Positions 53,391-64,000 of a DNA stretch of 64,000 bases are shown here, in pieces. The stretch is taken from contig NW_021835955.1 of assembly GCF_006345805.1 (NCBI RefSeq), positions 1-64,000 on the forward strand, read 5' to 3'. The number at the start of each line of letters is the position of its first letter. Positions within the stretch are counted from its first letter, which is position 1. The translations under genes and the position numbers were made by a program. This DNA comes from Octopus sinensis (lineage: Eukaryota). The notes beneath the pieces are model-generated. The model was not told the DNA's origin, did not search any database, and worked only from the letters and a program-made list of their open reading frames with translations.

Positions 53391-54277
53391 TTATATTCTG
53401 TTAAGAACGTAGTAGAGTGAGTAGGTATAAAGCTCAACCACCTTTAGATTTCACCCGGTGCTATCCAGCAGTAGTATTATAGGTATTGGCGTAGATATAT
53501 AGATAGATACATAGATAGATAGACACAAGCAGAGAGACAGACAGGCAGACAGACACTAGAGATAGAGAGGCCCAGCAATCCTTTAACAAAGAACATTTCT
53601 GCTTTTAAATTAAACAATATATTCTTTCCGAGTCAAACCGTTACTAGCTATATTTTAAACTGAACAGCACATGAAGGTTCCGTTATTTCATTTGTAGACT
53701 TATCTGTGTGTATAAAGATGCATGCACACACACACACAAAATACACACATGCATCTCTATCAAATGTTTGAATTAAACATGCTCAGAAAAACTTCAATCT
53801 CATTGTCAACAAAATTATTCAAATACTGGAACTCGCAGTCACACCGAGTCCTTATCCAGTAATGTTGCTGTTTTAATGCATATATATCAATCCCTCTATC
53901 TATCTATGTATCTATCTATCTTATCTATCAATCTATCGATCTATTATAATATGTATGTTTATATATGTTATATGCATATAGTATGTACATGTATACAATT
54001 ATGTATATATATATTATTATATATATATATTATATATATATAAATAAATGATACATGTACATATATATGCATATACATATGCATGTGTGATGTTTACACA
54101 CACACAATATATCTTATAACATGTGTTTTATGAATGTACATATGTATAGATAAATGAATGCATATATATGTATACCTACTGTAAGTATATGCATATACAT
54201 ATGTGTGTGTGTATGTATGTATGTATATATATATTTGTTATTATATATATATATATGCATATATTATATATGTTATA

Positions 54278-54327
<50 letters not shown>

Positions 54328-55273
54328 ATAACCATACGCATGCTAACACACACACAACACACACTCACACACACACATATATATATTCATACATCAGTAG
54401 ATCTCCCCTTGAGATTGAAAGCCAATAGAAATGCACACACGAAGAAAAAGTTGACATATTAGTGGGTTAGAATAATTAATGCTTTATTAACAGTTTTGAA
54501 AAGATGTTAATAAAATGGTTAGAATTCTCATAACCATTCAATCCATCCTTGCAACATGTCAGCAAATTGCCTGAAGTTTATCTTTCTTTAATTACTCTCT
54601 GTCTCCCTTTTCTGTCTTTCCTTATCTCTCTCTCTCTGTCATACAAATATTTGTAAGGAAACACATGTAATTACTACTCAGACAACTGTGGGAATCTTGA
54701 AACACTTGAAACACAGCAACGAAAGAATTGTTAAAGTATTAACAGTAAAGTATAACTATAGGCAGCGAGTGCACACATAAATATTGGCCTGATCACTGAA
54801 AGAAGAAAGAAAAAAAAAAGAACCTTGAAATGTCTTAAGAATTTTGGCACAATAGTCAAGGAAGTACCACCAAAGAATTGTGGCATTTAATTTGGCAAAG
54901 AAAATTTTACCAACAGATATTAAAAATAAATGATTCTCCAACCACTGTATTTCCCAGTGTTGAGGTCACTCTGACTTAACGATGTAAATTAGTTTTGGTT
55001 TGAAAATTACGAAACTAAAATAAACATCAAAATTAAGATTAGAGCACTTTCATATACTTTGCAAAAACATTTTGTTAGTGGTTTAGTAACATACATCAGT
55101 GATTTTCAGCCATTTTTTACCTATGAACACCTTTGTTTATTATCTTATTTTAGCAGACCCCACCTCACCAACCATAGCCATTCACTGTTTGAAAACTAAT
55201 TTTATACATACTCCTTTCAAAATTCCTGATTTGTCATTCGCTCATTCACTCATTCACTCATTCACTTGCATTG

Positions 55274-55671
55274 GCACAGGAGTGGCTGTGTGGTAAGTAG
55301 TTTGCTTACCAGCCACATTGTTCTGGGTTCAGTCCCACTGCGTGAAACCTTGGGGAAATGTTTTTTACTATAGCCTCGGCCCAACAAAAGCCTTGTGACT
55401 GGATTTGGTAGATGGAAACTGAAAGAAGCCTGTGTGTATATGTAGATATGTGTGTGTTTGTGTCTGTGTTTGTCCCCCAACATCGCTTGACAACCGATGC
55501 TGGTGTGTTTACATCCCCATAACTTAGCAGTTCAGCAAATGAGACCAATAGAATAAGTACTAGGCTTACAAAAGAATAGGTCCTGGGGTCTATTTGCTCG
55601 ACTAAAGGTGGTGCTCCAGTATGGCCACAGTCAAATGACTGAAACAAGTAAAAGAATAAAAGAATAAAAGA
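55274..55671 (+). mobile_element. SINE family A, full length
   Basis: Colinear with 26987-27396. Confidence 0.92.
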
Positions 55672-56066
55672 ATTTGTAAAACATTAAAGAAAGAAAACTA
55701 ATTGTTTCTTGCAATGCACACCTTTAAATCAAAAACTTTTCTTGGACCCTTAAAATGCTACTGTAGATCCTCAATTTACTATTTTGCTAATCTTAAATGG
55801 ACCCTTGTTGAAAACCATGGATATAGATCCCATTGATCACTTATAATATGCATTTTTCATTTACTTTTACAGAAACATGGCAAGGAAGCATAGACAATTC
55901 TATTCTTAAGTTAAATTTGGATTATGAAAAGCTCTAATCCTCATCTTCTCGTATAGTAACTAAATTTTTTTGAGACTTATTTTGAAGTTGAGGATTGGTA
56001 TCCTTGATGCCAGGAAAAATATGGTAACTATAAATTTAGACATTTTTAACTGCAAGGCTCTCCATT

Positions 56067-56101
<35 letters not shown>

Positions 56102-56288
56102 GCAATTGTTTTATTCAGTTTTTGAATTTATTAAATTTCATTTTGGTATCAGCTTGTTGAAGTATCAACGATAAGGAACCTACTTTGTAACTTCTGTTTG
56201 CAATTAGGTGGTCTAGCCTAATGGGGGTGGGTTCTTTATCAGGCACAAAGCACCCGCAACACCACCTTATTGATTTAGCTATAATTAA

Positions 56289-56475
56289 CCCCTTTAGCAT
56301 TTAAACCAGCTATATTGACCAAAATTTTCAACCTGTTATATTTTTAACCAACCAGATCATACCTCTCATACAATGTTATTTTAAAATTAAACGATCACAT
56401 CATCAAATTCTTGAAGCTGCAAGGTAATGACTATATAAGCATTGTATTTGACAAAATAATCTGAATGCTAAAGGG
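56289..56475. mobile_element. piggyBac-type MITE
   Basis: TTAA-CCCCTTTAGCATT...AATGCTAAAGGG-TTAA. Confidence 0.85.
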
Positions 56476-56634
56476 TTAAATAAATACCACAACTAAATGA
56501 CCGTTTATACACTCAGGCCCATTTGGCTGCTGTTATCTGAATTTCTGATATTCATAAGTGATTGAGAGTACAAGACTTGTCTCTGGATAGGATACAAGTC
56601 AGTTTCAGGGCTAACAACTACCAGCTATTACTTA

Positions 56635-57487
56635 CGATGTGGTATCAAAAAGTTCTTGAACTAGTTCTGTAGCACACCAACAGATGGCAGCACACAGTTG
56701 TATGCAAAGCGAGAGCTAGCAGTGACCTCTATAAGGCGTTGTGCCAAGTGACATCACTGTGTTTACTTCACAAGTTGTGAAACTTGTGTTTTCGTGATCA
56801 TGTGTTTACTGTAGTCTGCAATTTTTGTCATGGACAGGAATAAACAGCTAACGTGAAATTTTGTGTTAAACTTGGGAAGTCTGCTACAGAGACATTGAGC
56901 ATGCTTTGGCAAGATTACAGAGCAATAGGTCGTTTCAAGTGGCACAGGTGCATGAGAGAGCCACAGCTCAATCAAGAGCATGCTCATTGTTTTTTTGACA
57001 TCCATGATACTGTGCTTAGAGAATTCATCCCCTAGAGTCAGACTGCTAATTGAGAGTTCTACTGTGACGTTTTGAAGTGTTTGAGGAAGAGCATTCAGTG
57101 AAAGCAAACAGATCTGTGGAGCATGAAAAATTGGATTCTTCACAATGACATAATGGAGCTCTCCTCATTCACAAGTTTCTCCCCCGCCCAAAAAAAAAAT
57201 TGTATCACATCTGCACCTGCCCTATTCACCAGATCACTCAAAGTGAAAATGCAGCTGAATGGTTACTGCTTTAATACTGTTGTTGAGATCAGAGGTAAAT
57301 CGCAGAAGGTCCTTGACTCGCTTATGGAAAATGCCTTCCAGGCCGAATTCCAAAAGTGGCAGGAATGCTGGGACAAGTGTATTATCGTGCAAGGTGATTA
57401 TTTCGTAGGAGATGATATAAAAACTTCGGTAAATAAGTTATTTTTTATTCAACATAACTAGCATGGGAACTTTTTGATACCATCTCG
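56635..57487 (+). mobile_element. Internally deleted mariner element
   Basis: TA-CGATGTGGTATCAAAAAGTTC / GAACTTTTTGATACCATCTCG-TA TIRs; KFCVKLGKSATETLSML, MLIVFFDI, FQKWQECWDKCIIVQGDYF. Confidence 0.92.
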
Positions 57488-58010
57488 TATGTTCATTGTG
57501 GCTGAGTAGACTGTGAAATAAAGTGCTTTGTTCAAAGCCCATTTGGTTCAGGTATTGAATTTATCACCTTACAAATGTGAGTGCCATACCCTAGGATATG
57601 CACCTTCCCAGTTCATAAATACCAAAGTTTACTCACTTTCTCATTCATTGACACATATGCACCTTAACTGATTCGCTAATTTAATTATTCATGGATTAAC
57701 TAACTCAGTGACACATACTTAGTTACTTGCTCAGGCTTTCACATATTCACTTGTTCATGCTTATACTCTCTCAAAGCCCACAATTTTGGTTTAGATCTCA
57801 ATTAGCTCATTTTCTTTATTGCAGCTTTACAGATTTCTGATAACTGTTTCTTTTCCTTGTGTTGTATTGGAGAATGGTGCAAGCATAGTTGTTGTTATTA
57901 AGATGTTGGCTATGCAACCACAAATTTATGGGTTCAATTATAGCACACAGTACCTTGATCAAATGCCTGCTAGCACAGCTTTAGGTTGACTGATAATGTG
58001 TGAGTAGAGT

Positions 58011-58400
58011 GTGGAGGTGTGCGGCTTAGTGGTTGGGAAGTTGGATTCATGATTGTAAGATTGTGGTTTCAATTTCTGGACCGGGCGACATGTGTTCTTG
58101 AGCGAAACACTTCATTTCACATTGCTCCAGTCCACTCAGCTGGCAAAAATGAGTAATCCTGCAATGGACCAGCATCTCGTCCAGGTGGGGTTAGGGTTAG
58201 GGTTAGGGTTATATAAACACCACAAACCAGGAAACATGTTGCGTTCTTGAGCAAAACACTTCATTTCACATTGCTACAGTCCACTCAGCTGGCAAAAATG
58301 AGTAATCCTGCGATGGACCAGCATCTCATCCAAGTGGGGAATATAAACACCACAAAACCAAGAAACCAGCCCTTGGGACTTGAGAAGGTAAATTTGTTTT
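58011..58400 (+). mobile_element. tRNA-derived SINE with internal duplication, nested in an old SINE A (~57877-58450)
   Basis: Head GGAGGTGTGCGGCTTAGTGG; TSD TGTGAGTAGAGT/TGTGAATAGAAT (57999-58010, 58401-58412); body duplicated ~58088-58234 and ~58235-58367. Confidence 0.8.
58188..58211 (+). repeat. Interstitial telomeric repeat (GGGTTA)4
   Basis: GGGTTAGGGTTAGGGTTAGGGTTA. Confidence 0.9.
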
Positions 58401-58639
58401 TGTGAATAGAATATGTTAGATGGAAACTATACAAAAGTCTGTTGTGTCAGTGTATGTGTTGGAAGGCAGAGGAGGCTACATACTCTAATTACTGACAATA
58501 TGTAATGTGCTGAATTTAGTTGTAGGTTTACCATTTGCAGTCTCATCTAGCATTATTTGCACTGTCTCATTAATAACAATTCTTAATGAGCTGAACTCAG
58601 CACTCTATTTACTCTATTTACTATGTTCTCAACAAACAC

Positions 58640-59875
58640 TGTGTGATGTGTTCCAGAAGTTTTGAACCTGAATATGATCCCTTTGACAGTGATCCCAAAT
58701 TATTGTTTTATTTGATTGACTTATTACATTATTTACTTATATTGGGATTTCCACTTCAGAAGCAATAGAAAATTTAAGTAATTGATGATGACCAACAAAT
58801 ATCAGAATCAGAAATTGAGAAATTACTGTTATTGGATTTTCGACTCTGGAGATGATTGCTTTGTAGAAAATCTATGATTGCATATAAATATGTACCATGA
58901 GGACTGTACTTCATATGCAATGGTCACACATTGGACTGCCAATAGAGATTACATGGTTTCAAATCACAGTCAGGATGGCCTGTAGAAGTAACTTTTGAGG
59001 AAAAGTTCACTGCTGTTGAGTGTTTTATAAAGGAAGATCAATAAATGATGGTGCGTGAGACACTTCACATCATGGGACATGGTTTGGCAATGATTGACTA
59101 AATCATTTATGATTGTTTGAACACATGAAAGGTATTTGTTCATTGGGTGCCATGAATACTGATACTGGAAATAAAATACAGCAGAGTTCAATGTTCTGAT
59201 AAAAATCTCATGCTCATGTGAGAGAACTGGGTTCTGTTTAGGTTGCAGTCTGTAATGTGGGTAGGGGGAGTGATGAAACATAGATCCATCACCATGACTC
59301 TATGATGAAAGAAGAATCCAAGCACCGGAAAAACAACAATTCTTTAACACCAAAGAAATTCACAGTTAGGCCTAATGTAGAACAGAACATGTTGCAATTT
59401 TCTATGAACTTGTGGTGTAGGGTTAACTACATGTGACACAAGGCATCAGTCACAGGTAACAGAGTTACTATAGGTATCTTGTGTAATTATATCAAGACAA
59501 AGTGCCATGGAATTCTGAGTGCTGACAGGTCACATGTGAAAAGTTATCATACCAGGTCTATTTATCAGACTTTGCTTTATGTGATATCCACCTGCTTCCA
59601 GATTTGGAGCACCGTTTGGAGGGAGGGCAGGCAGTTTTCCTGTGATGAGTAACTGCAGTTGGCAACAGAATAATGGTTGGTTGAACAGGACAAAAAGCAC
59701 TATTTAAATGGCATTGAGCAGCTGTGCAAGAAGTACATAAACTGTATAGAAGTTAGCAAAATAAAAGTCAACAAAATAAAATAAAAGCATTTGTCTAAAA
59801 ACTACTGAAGTATTCTTTCCCTGTTGTCATGTCATTAAGTATGTTGTGCTCAAAGCCTTTGAAACACCCTTCATA
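58640..59875 (+). mobile_element. Old near-full-length mariner element
   Basis: HWVP*IL, GSDET*IHHHD, YLSDFALCDIHL (YSPDLAPCD-like), YLNGIEQL; degenerate TIRs; a second fragment of its 3' part at ~62385-62500. Confidence 0.8.
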
Positions 59876-60502
59876 GATGCACTGCCCTGTAACTGATAGT
59901 ACATGCGAAGCTGAATTCAATGCTTTATTTACTTATATTGTTCTTGCCAAACACTACATGTTCTTTCTGTTATTTTATAAGGATTCTTCTTTAACTATAC
60001 TTCTCCAATGGAAACATATTTATAATGAATAAAACATTGGAAGACGGTTCAGAAGAAACATTATACTTCCTATTTATTTTATCAGTACTACAATCACTGA
60101 TATTATGAAAGAATTGAAGACATAAAGTTGTCTGAGTATACAATATTTCTCTTTACTTTTTCCCCCAAATAGAGTTGTCTGCGTATATAACATTCTTCTT
60201 TATTTTTCCCTCAAGTAAGGTCCGAGATTAGCACATTTCGTAATCTTTCCTCCTTAGATCTAAAACCTTCAAGAAACCTCTCTCACACATTTCATGTTTT
60301 TCGTGCAGGTATCAACATATACATATCATCAAACACTTCAATGTCGCCAGCAAATAGATGTATTAGCAAAGGTAAATGGTACTAATCTTCCACCTCTGAC
60401 CAATTCATGATTAAGAAATGTACACAAAGGAAAAGAAAATGAGTTGACCTCTCCTCCAGTTTTGAGCTTAGAATACTGAACAGAGTAAAGATCTCGTTGA
60501 AT

Positions 60503-61345
60503 ACCTATATATATATAAAACACAGGATATATGTCTGTCTGTGTGTGTATCATGTCTTTAAAACTCAATATCCACCCAACTGACTTTAATGAAATTTTAC
60601 CCCTCATTACTTAGGACCCATGGAGTGTCATGGGCCAAAACAATTTCAGCTTTTTGTCTAATGTGGGCCCAGGGGCAGATAAACAGCATTCTTTAAGCAT
60701 TTTTGCAGTGTTAAGGCCTGTAACTTGAAGAGTATTCAGTCACTTTCCTCCAATTTTGCAACGAACATTAATCAGGCTCCTCGAATTGCTGTTGGCTAAA
60801 ACAAATTTCTGACACCAACTATATGTCCCCCACACCCAAAATGCAGATTAATAATATTTGAGTATACTGCAGTGGGTTTTATCTTTGTTTAGGCCATTTA
60901 CCAACGATGAAATATTAACACTACTTATGCAGTGTAAGTAGTGTATAATATTTCATGGAAACCTTTTTGTCCAATTTGTCAGAGGAAATGAGAACATTAA
61001 AAATTTTTGTCAGTGCCCTGTTGAAGCTTCATGCTACCATCCCGCACACCACTGGGCCATGTGCATATGTGTGTGGCTGGTTAAAGGCGCAACAAATCAA
61101 TTCATTCATTTTTCAGAAGTTCCCGGGTGATGTTTCATGTTTCCAATCCTGCACAATGCAGCATGGTCTGCCAGAAAGTCTGCTTTGTATGTCATCCATG
61201 CAAAATGTTCATACAAAGAAACAAACTGCTGTTGTGGCTCACAGCCATTTGAATTTCACCGCATGACCACTTTTGGAAGCTACACTTGCTACCTGCAATT
61301 ATCCCCTTCCCCTGTATTCCCTCCCCCATTTAGTTGGACGAGTAA
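60503..61345 (+). mobile_element. Possible non-autonomous Helitron-like element
   Basis: 5' CTATATATATAAAA...GTCTGTCTGTGTG...TGAAATTT resembles non-autonomous Helitron starts; no clean hairpin-CTRR 3' end seen. Confidence 0.3.
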
Positions 61346-61348
61346 ATA

Positions 61349-61830
61349 CAGGGTATCCCAGAAATAATGATGATTGGAGTCAAATCGGATGCAATTTTTA
61401 AAAAATTCACTTTTATTTAAGTTTATCATGTTTAATAAGTGTTAAAAGCATATAAATTTGAATTTGTTTATAATTTTATTTTCATTCCTATTGGACCCCT
61501 TTAATTTGTCCATGGCAGCTTTTTTTCAATTTGGCAGCAATCATTTTCTTACCTATATCCCCAAGATACAGCAATCATTTAGCTGAGCTTAAAGAACACA
61601 TTCAGTTAGCAGTGCAAGAGCTAACTCCTAAAATGCTTCAAAATGTGTTTCACAATGCAAAGGGGATATTTAAAGTATGCAGGGATACAGACATGTTAAA
61701 AATTTTCAATAAAAGTTTGACGTACGATTTATAAATCTACTTGCTTTGGTAATAAACATAAAATTCTGTCAGTTTTATTTAAAATTTGCTCAATTTCATT
61801 GAAACAGATAGTTGATTCTGGAACACCCTG
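61349..61830 (+). mobile_element. Tc1/mariner-superfamily deletion derivative
   Basis: TA-CAGGGTATCCCAGAA / TTCTGGAACACCCTG-TA; transposase C-terminus-like LAELKEHIQLAVQELTPKMLQNV. Confidence 0.8.
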
Positions 61831-62781
61831 TATGGTGTAACATTTTTAGTTGTTGCATTGCTTGAGTAAATATTAAAATCAAAGATCTTCTCACTATAAA
61901 CATCCCATCCTTTTGTTAAGCATTTTGTATCAGGGAATATATTATCCAAAATGTATCTCTCCTTTATAGGTATGGCTGTGTGGTTGGGAAGCTTGCTTTC
62001 CAACCATGTTGCCATGGGTTCAGTCTCACTGTACAGCACATTGGGCAATTCTCTTTCATTACAGCTCCATGCCAACTAAAGCCTTGTATATTATATAATT
62101 GTCATTACTGTATTAATATATAAAATAATACAAGCAATTCATTTATTATTGTCCTGTAATAAACAAATTGAAGTTCGTATATGAAATTGATCTTTTTTCT
62201 ACTTCAATTATTACATGATTTTTCTTATGAAATGCACACATACAGGAGAAGCAAATCTCTCTCTATATATATAATAACACTCTGAATGTGGTTCCTGAGA
62301 AAGAGTAAAAGTAATTACTCAATCAATGATAGGTATTACTGCTAGTAAAATAATAAAGCAAAGAATGACAGTATATTTAGTGAGGGAGCACCATTAGAAC
62401 AGCAGACAGTTTTTCTTGTGGTGAGTAACCGCAGTTGGCAACAGAAGAATGTTGAGTTGAACAGAACAGAAAGGTCAATTTAAATGGCATTGGGTAGCTT
62501 AGCAATATTAGATAAGATTTCTTTTGAAACTGAAGAATAATTGTGAAATCTACAGAAAATAAAATAGTCCTCCATAAATCCATTTATAATTCACATCTCA
62601 ATTTTGGAGACAAAACTATCTTAAAATCTCCAGTAGCAAACATAAGACTCCTTCATCAGATGTCTGTGGGAATAATTTATAGTACCCTTATACCATGGTA
62701 CTACACCCACCCCATGGCTGTATTGTTAAAATGTTTGCTTCTGGACCTCAGGGTTTAGGTATCAATCCCACTGCAGGGCAC

Positions 62782-63070
62782 CTGATGAGAAACCAGTAAG
62801 GTTCAAAAATCGATTAAAGTTGTTCATCATTTTATTATATCATACCTTGATATTGTATGGACTAGGATCCCTGGTTTTATAGGTTTTTATAGGGTGTTAA
62901 ACACTTTTGGTATGCAAATTAGGTACTCCTTCATAGAGTAACTGCTGCATTTGTTGAGTATATAAACTCTTTGTTTGCTTGTTTCTCTGGAGATTGTCAG
63001 AATGATGTGAACACCTCTGATGAGAATGCAATAAGGTTTGAAATTTAAGGTTGTGCATCATTTTTTATCA
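62782..63070 (+). mobile_element. Tandem hammerhead-bearing repeat, 235-bp spacing
   Basis: CTGATGAGAA...TAAGGTT...TTAA.GTTGT.CATCATTTTT at 62782 and 63017; second copy has stem I ACCT/AGGT, GAAA and UUA site. Confidence 0.6.
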
Positions 63071-63117
63071 GTTTGCAGAGAAATGACTAAAATTTGCCCT
63101 GTTTATAATTATACCAT

Positions 63118-64000
<883 letters not shown>

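Overview
AT-rich, repeat-saturated animal genomic DNA, most likely an octopus/coleoid cephalopod (inferred from the SINE families and huge (TA)n tracts, not verified). I can support no intact host protein-coding gene; the long YIYI/HTHT ORFs are microsatellite artefacts. The window holds decayed Tc1/mariner elements (DD37D, DD34E, mariner), CR1/L2-group LINE fragments, Penelope-like RT remnants, a probable solo LTR, TTAA-flanked MITEs, about 30 tRNA-type SINE copies or fragments in 4-5 modular families, a 5S pseudogene and a dispersed 28S fragment. Most notable: (1) about nine type I hammerhead-ribozyme motifs, including an intact one inside a TSD-flanked tRNA-headed SINE (21205-21471) and one in a 584-bp unit with 133-bp terminal redundancy (44933-45649); (2) a 28S fragment whose homology begins at the R2 retrotransposon target site; (3) a LINE and the dominant SINE sharing a 3' tail with a compensatory stem-loop change; (4) a perfect 47-bp hairpin insertion; (5) a TTAGGG insertion visible against its own duplicate; (6) an apparent switch to CpG depletion near 28 kb. 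All coordinates were counted by eye and ends may be off by a few bases.
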